Source: a virus (Duplodnaviria; Caudoviricetes). Taken from it: DNA of 53,088 nucleotides. The notes below the pieces were generated by a model. That model searched no databases. It worked only from the letters and a program-made list of their open reading frames with translations, and was not told the DNA's origin. Numbering within the stretch: position 1 is the first letter of the stretch; every line of letters starts with the position of its first letter. Location of the stretch: positions 1-53,088 of IMG/VR virus record IMGVR_UViG_3300031857_000262; one strand, 5' to 3'. This document shows, piece by piece, positions 16,872-27,055 of this stretch. The position numbers and the translations under genes are program-made.

Positions 16872-18764
16872 ATGCTCCTAGCAATCGACACAGAAACCAC
16901 TGGGTTAGATTTCTTTCATGGCTGTCGTCCGTTTATGATTACAGCTTGTGACGGAACCTACACTTACGTTTGGCAAGGACAAGTCAATCCTTATAATCGA
17001 GACGTGTATTGGGATGAAGATGAATTACGTTCGTTTACCGATCTTGTAGCAAAAGCTACTCGTATTATTTTTCATAACACTACGTTCGATATGCGAGCAC
17101 TTGCTTCAATCGGAGTAGACATTTCTTCTTTCTGGGGTCGGATAGAAGATACTTTGCTTGCTTCTCATGCCATTTGTTCTGGTGACACACACAACTTGAA
17201 AGACCTTGCAATCAAGTATTGCGACTACTGGGATGACGATGAAGTTGCTCTAGCCGACGCAGTAAAAGATTCTGTTAAACAAGCTAGAATCAAAGGATAC
17301 GACGTAGCCAAAGCTGGACACAGACACTTTCCAGGACTTCGTAAAACTGGTACTAGCTTTTGGAAACAAGACTATTGGCTTGCACCAGAATCTTGTGCCA
17401 CTTACGGTGGTCGGGATGCTGAACGTACTTGGTTGTTGTGGAGTTGTTTCCGTATCGGTCTAATGTCCGACGGTTTGTGGGACGTGTACTGCACTCGTAA
17501 AGAATTGCTCAAGATTGCTTATGACATGCAATCTACAGGCAAATACTTCTACGTAGAAGAAGCTCGACAAATCTTGGAATCCAACACCAAACGTATGGAA
17601 GAACTACGTTGGGAAATCAAACGAATTGCAGACATCAAGTATCGTTTCAATCCCAACAGTCGGGACCACTTGATCGACTTGATCCATAACCGGCTTAAAA
17701 TTCCTGTAGAATACTACACCCAGGGTAAAGTTCCCAAACCTGCTATGGACAAGAAAGCACTCAAATCCTATTTTGAAGATCATCAATCACCAGCACTAAC
17801 CAAACTAGCCAAATACAAACGACTTCAAAAACAAAACACAGACATCGAAGGGATACTAAACTGGGTTGACGAAAACAATCGTACACACTCTAACCTCAAC
17901 ATCACAGGCACCAGAGAAACACGACAGTCTTCATCCAACCCCAATGACCAAAACACCGACAACGAACTCAAGCACCTATTCGGTCCACCCCCAGGAAAAG
18001 TGTGGGTGTGTACTGACTTAGTAAACATCGAGTTGCGTATTTGGGCCTACGTTATCGGTAACAAAGAACTGATCGCATTGTTTGAGCAAGGCATGTCTGT
18101 TCACCAGATTATCATGGAGATTGTTTACCCTGCCGAAGCTAAACTCATTGGAGCTATCAAAGACAAACCTAAAAAGCTACTCACCGACGAAGATTATCGT
18201 ATTCTCAAAAAGTATACGAACATCAAATCCGGTAACTTTTCTTTGCTTTATGGTGGGTCTGAAAACAAGATCAATGAGAGCTATCACGGTGGTAAAAATC
18301 CACCTAATTACTGTGCTCGCATCAATGCTAAATTTCCCGGTGTAACTCAATTCACCAAGACCCGTATTGCTATGGCTTCTGAGAACTACGTCAAGTATCG
18401 AGTATTCAGCGTAAGCACTTTTGGTGGATACCGACTCGACGTTAATCCAGATCAAGCATACACGGCCTGCAACTACTTTGTTCAAGGTAGTGCTGGTTGG
18501 ATCATGACTGAAGCAATGATAGCCTGGGCTGCAAACCCTGACTACAAACGATTCAATTGTTCCATGAACTCCCAGATACACGACGGACTCGATACCGAAG
18601 TAGAAATCACATCAGCTCTCCCCAGGATTATCGATTCCAAGTGCATGACGATCAGCCGTGCTGGTCGTAAGTACATTCCAACCTGCGACGTTACTTGGGA
18701 AATCAAGTACCACCCAAGTGACGAAACCAACCCAATCATTCAAGACATTCTAGCATCGAAATAA
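16872..18764 (+). CDS. polA: DNA polymerase family A with 3'-5' exonuclease domain
   Basis: ExoI DTETTG, ExoII HNTTFD, ExoIII YGGRDA; SSSNPNDQN; motif A DLVNIELR, motif B KSGNFSLLYG, NYFVQGSA, motif C IHD. Confidence 0.93.
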   Translation: MLLAIDTETTGLDFFHGCRPFMITACDGTYTYVWQGQVNPYNRDVYWDEDELRSFTDLVAKATRIIFHNTTFDMRALASIGVDISSFWGRIEDTLLASHAICSGDTHNLKDLAIKYCDYWDDDEVALADAVKDSVKQARIKGYDVAKAGHRHFPGLRKTGTSFWKQDYWLAPESCATYGGRDAERTWLLWSCFRIGLMSDGLWDVYCTRKELLKIAYDMQSTGKYFYVEEARQILESNTKRMEELRWEIKRIADIKYRFNPNSRDHLIDLIHNRLKIPVEYYTQGKVPKPAMDKKALKSYFEDHQSPALTKLAKYKRLQKQNTDIEGILNWVDENNRTHSNLNITGTRETRQSSSNPNDQNTDNELKHLFGPPPGKVWVCTDLVNIELRIWAYVIGNKELIALFEQGMSVHQIIMEIVYPAEAKLIGAIKDKPKKLLTDEDYRILKKYTNIKSGNFSLLYGGSENKINESYHGGKNPPNYCARINAKFPGVTQFTKTRIAMASENYVKYRVFSVSTFGGYRLDVNPDQAYTACNYFVQGSAGWIMTEAMIAWAANPDYKRFNCSMNSQIHDGLDTEVEITSALPRIIDSKCMTISRAGRKYIPTCDVTWEIKYHPSDETNPIIQDILASK

Positions 18765-18766
18765 CT

Positions 18767-18976
18767 ATGCCACAACCTTTGACCGTTACCGAAAAACTTG
18801 TATTGTTCAAAGCAAACTTGCTTGCCATACAAAAAATACTTTCTTCCAAACTATCAGACCAAGCCAAGCACAAAGCTATCTTGGAACTGATCGACGAAGA
18901 ACTCAACTTTCCTACGGAGCAAGACAAAGATTCTTTGCTCCGAATGAGAGACCGCATCCTAAAACACAGCCGATGA
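18767..18976 (+). CDS. hypothetical protein
   Basis: 69 aa helical ORF between polymerase and primase. Confidence 0.55.
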   Translation: MPQPLTVTEKLVLFKANLLAIQKILSSKLSDQAKHKAILELIDEELNFPTEQDKDSLLRMRDRILKHSR

Positions 18977-18989
18977 AAGGTATTGTACC

Positions 18990-21020
18990 GTGCATTTGTT
19001 CGAATTTCACACAGGGATCATAGCCCAACAGCATGGCGATCAGTTCATTATGGACTGCCCATTCTGCGAAAAACAATCTCACTTTTTCTACAACGGAGAG
19101 ACATTTCTCTGGGACTGCAAAGTCTGTATGAAGAGTGGCAATCCAGTTCAATTCCTACGTTACTTGTACGAATCTTTCGACAACGTAACTCGCACCGCCA
19201 ATTTCATTTCTTCTCTACGAGACTTGCCTTTATCTTGCATTCAAGACGCCGGAATCAAATACAACGACCTAAATGGTTCGTATTTGATTCCCACGTTTAA
19301 GAACGGCAAACTAAACAACTTGTACAAAGTTGCCCTAGTCCGCAAACAAGACAAACACACCGGAGAATGGGCAGACAAGTGGATTATCATGGCCTCCCCA
19401 GGAATTGAGCATACACTCATGAACTGGGAAGAAACCACCTGCGACACCATTTTGATTTCCGAAGGTCACTGGGATCGTCTTGCTGCCCGTGCCATTATCG
19501 GTGGACATCACGTATCTCCTATCGGAGTTCCTGGGGCCGGGGTATGGAAAGCAAGTTGGTGTGAAATCTTGGCAGACAAACACGTTGTGTTTGCTTACGA
19601 CAACGACCCTTCTGGTAAAGCAGGATTTGAGAAAGTTATTCTCAGCCATATCGCTACCAGCCACTACAAGCCAAAGTCCATCAGCTACATTCGGTATCCC
19701 GAAGACAAGCCTGTAGGTTACGATCTTAACGACGTTTATCGAGAGTACGGTCGAGGTTCATTTTCCAAACTAGAAGAATGGAAAACCCCATACACGTCTC
19801 CAGAAAACGTCGTGGTTGTAAAGACCACAATGGAGACTGTCGTTGCTGATACTTCATGCACCACGTTCGATGAACTGGTTGCTCGATACGAACAAGTATT
19901 TCACACAACCGAACCCATGAAGCTAGGACTACTCCTAGTATTGTCATCCATCTACTCCACCAGGATAGAGGGCGAACAACTATGGATTCGTATGTTTGGT
20001 GCTCCAAGTTCCGGTAAAACTACCATCGCTAAAGTTGTTGGTGGTTCAGAACAAGTAGTGCTCAAGTCTACATTTACAGGTTTGTTTTCTGGTTGGAAGG
20101 ATGACAACGGACAAGATGCTTCTCTTATCCCTCTCATCGCAGGCAAGACACTCATCGTTAAAGATGCTGATGCCCTCATGCGAGAAGGTAACGTAGAGAA
20201 AATCTTTTCAGAACTCCGAGACTTCTACGACAAAGATAGTTCCACGTTCTACAAAAACATGGTTGCCCACGACTACCGCAACATTCGTTCTACGATGGTA
20301 TTGTGTGGGACTCACGTTCTACGTAGGTCCGACCAATCTTTCCTGGGGGAGAGATTTTTAGACTTCGAGTTGGACTTGTCAGACCGTGATCGTGGACTAA
20401 TCGAAGATCGTATGTTAACTCGATCTATGGCAGTAGCTAATGATCCATCAGCTCTCCCTCCAGAAACTCCAGTTATTGCAGCAGCCAAAGGTTTCATTGA
20501 TGCTTTAATGCAAAAGAACATCAACGTGCTCCTTGGTCCAAGAGAACAAGAAAACATCAAAAAGTTTGCTCGTCTTGCTGCAACCCTTCGTACCAAAGTT
20601 GACCGAGAAAACAATCGGGGTAACGAGATAGCATCAGAACCTATCATCGAAGTACCTGCTCGTTTGATCGGTCAGTTGACCAAGCTATACATTTGTGCTT
20701 CCGTTGTCCTAGGTCTCGACAAGCCTAACGAAATGGTACATCAATTGGTAGCAAAAGTCATTCGAGACATCATCGACTACAAGTCTTATCGTATGCGGAT
20801 CGTTCGGCATATTATGAAAGAACCTCGTAGCCGAGACGAACTTGTTATGCTTACTGACATGTCTATCGAACGAGTCAACCGAGAACTGCAAGACTTGATT
20901 GCCCTCAAGTTAGTTCACGGTTTCAAGTCCTCGTCCAGTAGTGGTGTTGGTCGGCATGTACTCAAACTACAACTCAACCAACCACTGGTAGAATTACTCC
21001 AACACATTGGATTCGAATAA
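18990..21020 (+). CDS. primase-helicase (zinc finger + TOPRIM + AAA+ ATPase + C-terminal winged helix)
   Basis: CPFC..H..CKVC, SEGHWD, YDND, GYDLND, GAPSSGKT, LIVKDAD. Confidence 0.9.
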   Translation: MHLFEFHTGIIAQQHGDQFIMDCPFCEKQSHFFYNGETFLWDCKVCMKSGNPVQFLRYLYESFDNVTRTANFISSLRDLPLSCIQDAGIKYNDLNGSYLIPTFKNGKLNNLYKVALVRKQDKHTGEWADKWIIMASPGIEHTLMNWEETTCDTILISEGHWDRLAARAIIGGHHVSPIGVPGAGVWKASWCEILADKHVVFAYDNDPSGKAGFEKVILSHIATSHYKPKSISYIRYPEDKPVGYDLNDVYREYGRGSFSKLEEWKTPYTSPENVVVVKTTMETVVADTSCTTFDELVARYEQVFHTTEPMKLGLLLVLSSIYSTRIEGEQLWIRMFGAPSSGKTTIAKVVGGSEQVVLKSTFTGLFSGWKDDNGQDASLIPLIAGKTLIVKDADALMREGNVEKIFSELRDFYDKDSSTFYKNMVAHDYRNIRSTMVLCGTHVLRRSDQSFLGERFLDFELDLSDRDRGLIEDRMLTRSMAVANDPSALPPETPVIAAAKGFIDALMQKNINVLLGPREQENIKKFARLAATLRTKVDRENNRGNEIASEPIIEVPARLIGQLTKLYICASVVLGLDKPNEMVHQLVAKVIRDIIDYKSYRMRIVRHIMKEPRSRDELVMLTDMSIERVNRELQDLIALKLVHGFKSSSSSGVGRHVLKLQLNQPLVELLQHIGFE

Positions 21021-23194
21021 TGCCAAAAGGATTTGATCCATTCGCAGAATTTGATGCCGACGATTCAACCCCCGAATTCCTCTCCCCAGAAGAAACGGTG
21101 GCATTGACTCGTCAACGATCTATGCAACGTCGGAACGATCGTCGAGATCAAATGCTCAAGAGCATGTTTCACGACGTAAAAGCTGACGTTACAATCTCTC
21201 CAGAACTGCAAGCCAAACGAGACGAACTACGATCCGATTACGTCAAAGCACACCAAATACTGTTCCCAAATAGCACCGGCCAAAAAGAGTTCGGTGAAGA
21301 ACAAAACAAAGCTATTCGACGATTTCAAAAGATTGTACAAAGTCGTGGCAAGCTAGTTCAAGCAGAACCTCGTGGATTCGCTAAAACTTCCCGTGCAGTT
21401 AATCAAATGCTCATGGGAGTTTTGCAAGGAGACATCAAGTTTGCTCTGATTGTTTCGTCTGCCATTGACAAGTCTACGGACATCATGGAGCAGTTGCAGA
21501 CAGAGTTGCTGGGTAACTATGCTCTAGAAGAATACTACCCAACAATCATGCAATGCTTTCAGCAAACCGAAGGCAAAGCAGTCAAGGCTAACAAACAAAC
21601 CCTTAACGGCGAACCAACCCACACCGGATGGGGTGGAGACTACATTCGATTCCCAAACGTCCCAGGAGAACCGAGCAGCGGAGCCATTATTCTAGTTCGT
21701 ACCAAAGACAACCTTCGAGGAATTTCTCGAAAGATTAGGTACGGACCAGAAGCCGGTAAAGTTATTCGACCCGACTTCGTTTTGTTGGATGACATTCAAA
21801 CAGATAAAGATGCTGTAAGTCCAGCAGTCTCGGCTAAGATTATCAAGACCATCAAACGAGCTGCACTCTTTGGTGGAAGTCACTCGAAAAAAATTCGAGC
21901 CATCATGACAATCACACCGAACTGCAAAGGAGACACAGCTACTCACTTTATTTTGAACGAACCTTCATGGGAAGTAGCAATGTATTCGATGCTCAAAACC
22001 ATGCCTAAAAACATGGACTTGTGGGATCAGTACGGAGCTATGCTACTGAACTTCAATCGACACGTAGAAGGTGATCGAGAACGAGCACAACGTAGAGCAT
22101 ACGAATTTGTTAAAAACAACTACGATCAACTCCACGAAGGTGCCGAAGCAACTTGGGAATGGGCTTACGAATGGGACACAGACGATCCAATCGAAGTGTC
22201 GGCAGTTCAGCACGCAATGACATTCTTTTACGAAGAAGGTGAAGAAGCCTTTAACTATGAATGTCAATGCAAAGTGGACACCACGACCAGTGAAGACGAA
22301 GCCATCAAAGCTTTGCCTGAACAAATCGTATCCCGTATATCCCACCTCCCCAGGAGAAAAGTGCCAGCACAATGTAAGGTTCTTGTTACCCACGTTGACT
22401 GTAATGCTGACTTCTTGAGCTACATGACTGTAGCCTCAGACACTCAGTTAATGCCCTACGTAGTGGACTATGGAACCTATCCACCACAACCTGGAGTAAT
22501 CTTTCGTAAAGGAAAGATTCAACGAAAGTTGTGTGACATATACCAAGACATTGAACGAGAAGATTTTGCAGGCATGATGTATCAAGCCGTTCGAGACTTC
22601 TCTGAGATTCTTGGCAACACCATCTACGTTCGGGAAGATGGACACGAAATGCTCCACAGATACATCGCATTTGACACCATGTGGCAAACCGATCACGTTC
22701 TGCGAGCCATTCGTGAATGTCGCCACCGAACAATCACCGTAGGTACTCAAGGGGTATTCTACGGAGTCAAAGATCGTCCTATGATGGAAAACACCAGTGG
22801 TGACAGGCAAATGCACTACCACTGTTTTACCACTCCATCCCAGGACAGAATAGTTGACTTATTAAAGATCGATACCAACAGCATGAAAACCCACGTTCAT
22901 CGAGGGTTCATTGCTCGTTCAGGAGTCATCGGTACATACAAGCTGTTCATCCCAGAAAATCCTGGGGACCATCAATTGCTAACTGAACACTTGTGTGCAG
23001 AAGATGTTACACAGCTGGTAAACCAAAAAGAACAACGAATCGTGAATGAATGGGTTAACACCGCTAGTCACGACAACGAATTCTTCGACAACATAGTAGG
23101 ATGTACAGCTCTCTTATTCAAAGCAGGCTGTACTCTCAAAACCACTAAAGAAATCAAACGATTTAACATCCAACAATACGTGAGCAAAAAATGA
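21020..23194 (+). CDS. terL: terminase large subunit (lambda gpA-like nuclease C-terminus)
   Basis: AEPRGFAKTS Walker A, RPDFVLLDDIQ Walker B, FNYECQ, THVD, DNEFFDNIVG nuclease motif. Confidence 0.88.
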   Translation: MPKGFDPFAEFDADDSTPEFLSPEETVALTRQRSMQRRNDRRDQMLKSMFHDVKADVTISPELQAKRDELRSDYVKAHQILFPNSTGQKEFGEEQNKAIRRFQKIVQSRGKLVQAEPRGFAKTSRAVNQMLMGVLQGDIKFALIVSSAIDKSTDIMEQLQTELLGNYALEEYYPTIMQCFQQTEGKAVKANKQTLNGEPTHTGWGGDYIRFPNVPGEPSSGAIILVRTKDNLRGISRKIRYGPEAGKVIRPDFVLLDDIQTDKDAVSPAVSAKIIKTIKRAALFGGSHSKKIRAIMTITPNCKGDTATHFILNEPSWEVAMYSMLKTMPKNMDLWDQYGAMLLNFNRHVEGDRERAQRRAYEFVKNNYDQLHEGAEATWEWAYEWDTDDPIEVSAVQHAMTFFYEEGEEAFNYECQCKVDTTTSEDEAIKALPEQIVSRISHLPRRKVPAQCKVLVTHVDCNADFLSYMTVASDTQLMPYVVDYGTYPPQPGVIFRKGKIQRKLCDIYQDIEREDFAGMMYQAVRDFSEILGNTIYVREDGHEMLHRYIAFDTMWQTDHVLRAIRECRHRTITVGTQGVFYGVKDRPMMENTSGDRQMHYHCFTTPSQDRIVDLLKIDTNSMKTHVHRGFIARSGVIGTYKLFIPENPGDHQLLTEHLCAEDVTQLVNQKEQRIVNEWVNTASHDNEFFDNIVGCTALLFKAGCTLKTTKEIKRFNIQQYVSKK

Positions 23195-24246
23195 CCAAGA
23201 CCCCAGACACCAGCCCCTACGTTCGCACCCCAACAGTCAAAGACCGCCATCGTTTACCAATGCAGTGTGTAGTGAGAGCTACACCAAAACACGAATGGAA
23301 ACCAGCTTTGTTGGTAGACATTTTCGCACACTCCTCACACAACTTTGCTGTAGTTCCATCAGACTCACCCCCAGCTGGCATAAAAGCAGGAAAGGTCCAA
23401 GTAGAAATGTACAAAGAGTGTCTCATTCGAAACAAAGCTCCAACCACTCGTCCAGCCACTGCTGAATCAATCGTCGACCCACCACCCAAACCATCACCAA
23501 AGTTTAAGCAAGGTGAACGTGTTGTATGCGGCCCACCAGAAGATGTAGTTTACATACGAGCTATTCATACATTCGACGAAGTACATGGATGGAAGTATGC
23601 AATCGACAGATACTCGGACACAAATATCTCAAAGTTGATAGATCAAGCAGACCATATACCCGAAGATATCATTCAACCGTACATACCAGACAACGTACCA
23701 CCACCAAAATTTGGCTTAGGTGATCCTGTGTACTACGATTGTACAAACGGACCTACATTTTACATTCAAAGTTCAATACATACATCTTCGGGTTGGTTGT
23801 ACAAAATGATCAACATAAAGACAAACGGTACAATTCACTGTCAGTTAACTGATATACCAGAAGCAGAACTTACTCTTGCCGAGAACAAAGTAAACGTTCT
23901 AGACCTACCTCCCACACCCCAGGAAAACAACACGGTCGTCAATGAACAAGGCGGTAAACAATCCCACCTTGATGCTCGATTTGATTGCATCCCTCCAGTT
24001 GTTCTTCGTTTGTTAGCCCAATGCTTAGGCTTTGGTGCTAGGAAATACGGCAAAGAAAACTGGAAAAACATTCCACAATGGGATCACCTAAATCATGCCG
24101 TGAATCATATCAACGAATGGAATCGGGGCAACAGAGACGAACCCCACCTGGTCAATGCAATGGCTCGCCTTACGTTTGCTTTGTGGCAAGCAGTAGACAC
24201 CAACCAACAACCCGACACCTACCAACACCCGGACCAACTCAAATGA
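23191..24246 (+). CDS. SH3/KOW-like repeats fused to a dATP/dGTP diphosphohydrolase-type (DUF5664) domain
   Basis: GGKQS..RFDCIP..FGARKYGKENWK..HAVNH..EPHLVNAMARL; PKFKQGERV and PKFGLGDPV repeats. Confidence 0.8.
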   Translation: MTKTPDTSPYVRTPTVKDRHRLPMQCVVRATPKHEWKPALLVDIFAHSSHNFAVVPSDSPPAGIKAGKVQVEMYKECLIRNKAPTTRPATAESIVDPPPKPSPKFKQGERVVCGPPEDVVYIRAIHTFDEVHGWKYAIDRYSDTNISKLIDQADHIPEDIIQPYIPDNVPPPKFGLGDPVYYDCTNGPTFYIQSSIHTSSGWLYKMINIKTNGTIHCQLTDIPEAELTLAENKVNVLDLPPTPQENNTVVNEQGGKQSHLDARFDCIPPVVLRLLAQCLGFGARKYGKENWKNIPQWDHLNHAVNHINEWNRGNRDEPHLVNAMARLTFALWQAVDTNQQPDTYQHPDQLK

Positions 24247-24383
24247 TTACCCTTGCAGCAGTTCTTTTGTTTGTTCTTAACGTAGCTGCCTGTATGCACT
24301 CAGCATACAGACTAGGTTACACTAAAGGTTATCAACGTGGTAAGTTAATAGCCTTCATGGAAGAACTGGACAGAAACAAATGA
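24243..24383 (+). CDS. small membrane protein
   Basis: ATGA-coupled at both ends; MITLAAVLLFVLNVAAC hydrophobic helix then GYTKGYQRG. Confidence 0.6.
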   Translation: MITLAAVLLFVLNVAACMHSAYRLGYTKGYQRGKLIAFMEELDRNK

Positions 24384-24856
24384 GCATCCATCAAATTCTC
24401 AGTCTTAAAGTCATCGACGGAGACACCCTCGAAGCTATCTATGAACTCGACACAATCGAGGGAATATATGTCCATCGAGGTCTCCGACTCACTGGAATCG
24501 ACACCCCAGAAAAGAACACCCAAGCCGGTAGGCTAGTCAAACAATTTGTAGAATCTTGGGTCAAACAAAACCGACAAGACCTACAAATTATGACTGTCAG
24601 TTCTGACAAGTTTAACGGACGAACTGTTGGAGACATCATCCGAATCGTGTCAAACAAAATGGTAGACTCTCTTAGCGGACTCTTAATCCACAAAGGTCTA
24701 GCTAAATCCTACAACGGACGAACAGCCAAGATTCCCTGGACACCCCAGGAACTTGATCGCATCTGCGAGCAGCTTAACAAAACCGTCACCACCCAAAACT
24801 ACGAATTGTTCGAATGGATTCCCTGTACCGACCCCAAACCCCTGATTGTAAAGTAA
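24380..24856 (+). CDS. thermonuclease (SNase-like)
   Basis: VIDGDT, RLTGIDTPE, DKFNGR, GLAKSY. Confidence 0.88.
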   Translation: MSIHQILSLKVIDGDTLEAIYELDTIEGIYVHRGLRLTGIDTPEKNTQAGRLVKQFVESWVKQNRQDLQIMTVSSDKFNGRTVGDIIRIVSNKMVDSLSGLLIHKGLAKSYNGRTAKIPWTPQELDRICEQLNKTVTTQNYELFEWIPCTDPKPLIVK

Positions 24857-24908
24857 CCGCCCCCGTTATCTTCCCATGATATTAAACCGCCTTTTTTGAA
24901 AAATAGTA

Positions 24909-24936
24909 TTGACTTTCCGAAAATCGCGGTTATAAT
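24909..24936 (+). promoter_or_regulatory. sigma70-like promoter for the structural operon
   Basis: TTGACT-16 nt-TATAAT in an AT-rich intergenic gap. Confidence 0.75.
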
Positions 24937-25088
24937 TCACTAGCGGATCGAAGCGAGTTAATATCGCCAAAAGATAATTCGATTAAAAACGAATTATGTT
25001 TTGGCTTTCATGAAAAATAGTTTCAGCCGATCTGCTCTTGACAATACTCATTGTCTTGTGGTAGGTCGGCTTTTTCTATTTACCAATC

Positions 25089-26021
25089 ATGCAAGACAAC
25101 AGTCCACCTGTATCATATCCACCAGACTTGGTTTCAGACGTAGAACTGTTTGCAGTTCCAGATAGTCTTTGGCATCGACCAAAAGCTATACTAGACCCAA
25201 TTTGGAAAAAAGTAACTGGTGCTGGTATTCGAGCTGCTATTCTAGACACTGGAGTAGCCAAGCACGATTTACTTCCTGAACCAGTCGAAGCACGTTCATT
25301 CATCCAGGGTGAGAGCTGGACGGACGGCAATGGGCACGGAACCCATTGTGCAGGGTCAACCCTAGGTCGAGAGGGTATAGGGCTTGCCCCTGCTGCTTCG
25401 CTGATAGTTGGAAAAGTTTTGTCCAATCGAGGAAGTGGAACGTCAGAAGCAATTGCTCAAGGAGTTCGATGGGCAGTAGATGCTGGTGCTGACGTTATTT
25501 CTATGTCTCTTGGATCAAACAGTCCATACAAGCCCATGCAAGAAGCATTGCAATATGCTTGGAGCAAAGGAGTCATTGTTGTAGCAGCAGCAGGCAACTC
25601 TAGCTTTAATGGACAAAGAAATACGATTGGTTATCCTGCAAAGTATGACGAAGAAGCTCTTTGCATTGGAGCTTATCGAAAAGACGGACAGCGAGCCTCA
25701 TTCTCCTCTGGAGGCCGGGAAATGGACATCTGTTGTCCAGGAGAGGACATCATTTCTTGTTCGACTACCAACGGATTAAGAGCCATGTCCGGTACAAGCA
25801 TGGCTACTCCGGATGCTGCTGGCCTATTCTGCTTAATCATCGAATTGATGCGAAGAGAAGGCAATGCAGCATTTACAGGTATCGAAGCTGTCCGTACATT
25901 TTTAGCCCAATACTGCCAAGACAAAGGTGCTCCAGGGTTCGATCCTGGTTGGGGTATGGGTGTCCCAAAAACTCAGGAGATAATGAATGCTCTCCTTAAC
26001 GACCAACTGGAGTTTGTATGA
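25089..26021 (+). CDS. S8 subtilisin-like serine protease
   Basis: catalytic triad ILDTG / HGTHCAG / SGTSMATP; oxyanion AAAGN. Confidence 0.95.
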   Translation: MQDNSPPVSYPPDLVSDVELFAVPDSLWHRPKAILDPIWKKVTGAGIRAAILDTGVAKHDLLPEPVEARSFIQGESWTDGNGHGTHCAGSTLGREGIGLAPAASLIVGKVLSNRGSGTSEAIAQGVRWAVDAGADVISMSLGSNSPYKPMQEALQYAWSKGVIVVAAAGNSSFNGQRNTIGYPAKYDEEALCIGAYRKDGQRASFSSGGREMDICCPGEDIISCSTTNGLRAMSGTSMATPDAAGLFCLIIELMRREGNAAFTGIEAVRTFLAQYCQDKGAPGFDPGWGMGVPKTQEIMNALLNDQLEFV

Positions 26022-26344
26022 GATACGGTCCAATTCCAATTTCCCCGGTAACTTCAACTCTTTCAGTTCATACTGGTCCACTCGAAGGTGGCAGCTACAT
26101 CGTAGCAGGCAACAACCTCGGATCAGGAACACACACAATCAAGCTCACAAACCCCCTCGCAGCTATCGGTGCAGCCAATAACATGGATGCACTCCATCGC
26201 TACACTACCACAGCAATCTCTGGAACAACCTCAATCTCCCCCAGGGAAGTGTTGGTTCCAGAAGGTTGGGCATTGGGGTGTGTAAGTAGTGATGCTACAC
26301 CAAACATCAACGGAACAATCCGATACTCCAAAGTATCGAACTAA
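26018..26344 (+). CDS. hypothetical beta-rich protein
   Basis: 108 aa, ATGA-coupled to the protease. Confidence 0.6.
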   Translation: MRYGPIPISPVTSTLSVHTGPLEGGSYIVAGNNLGSGTHTIKLTNPLAAIGAANNMDALHRYTTTAISGTTSISPREVLVPEGWALGCVSSDATPNINGTIRYSKVSN

Positions 26345-26451
26345 TCCACCCCCCAGGCTAACTAACTTTGTTTAGTTGCTGTCTGACTTTGTCTGTCTTG
26401 TTTGTCCCCGTACGTCACAGTTTGTTTCCCTAGCCCCTCTATAGGTATCCT

Positions 26452-26931
26452 ATGTCCTGTTCTGCAAAATTTCCAGCCGAATTTTCTTTGTCCTGCATTT
26501 TTACTCTCGTAGCTCAAGTACGAAACGGAATCACTCCAGCCACCGTCAAAGATGCTTTGTGGGTTGCCGGTTGCTTGATCGAGAAAGTCGGCCCAGCAAC
26601 TGTCCCACCAATCACTCTCGCCTCAGTCTCGCTTTTTGACGACGATGATGAACTCGAATTATTTCTCGACCATATCGTCGACGAGTGCAACAGTTTGACA
26701 AGAGAAGCCGATCTGGTCGAAGCTACCTCAGCCTCTCCAGCAGTCGGCACTCAAGGTTGGGAAGTGTTGATTCCGTTGATTTTCGAACTGATCAAATTGA
26801 TCATGGAGAATCGCAAAAAGAAGCAACAACCTGCTCCAACACCAGAACCTTCCCCAGCTCCCGTCAACTCCATTGGGGACAACGGTTCCGGAGTAGTTCG
26901 TGCTCCGGCTCCAGCTCCCAAAAAGTCCTAA
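26452..26931 (+). CDS. putative membrane-associated protein
   Basis: amphipathic/hydrophobic segments (WEVLIPLIFELIKLIM followed by RKKK) and Pro-rich tail. Confidence 0.6.
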   Translation: MSCSAKFPAEFSLSCIFTLVAQVRNGITPATVKDALWVAGCLIEKVGPATVPPITLASVSLFDDDDELELFLDHIVDECNSLTREADLVEATSASPAVGTQGWEVLIPLIFELIKLIMENRKKKQQPAPTPEPSPAPVNSIGDNGSGVVRAPAPAPKKS

Positions 26932-27055
26932 TCCTTCCCGGCTGTTCCCCTACGGCCTCTACTCCCTTCCCAAGAGGGAGTAGAAACAACCACCTATGCC
27001 CGAAGATGTTTGTTTCTGCTCCTTGTTTGTCCCTCTCTACCACACCCTCACTACC

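Noticed and set aside
11782-24246. Complete 2-aminoadenine (dZ) system
   Set aside because: MazG-like and DUF5664-type domains are present, but no PurZ/adenylosuccinate synthetase-like gene is visible.
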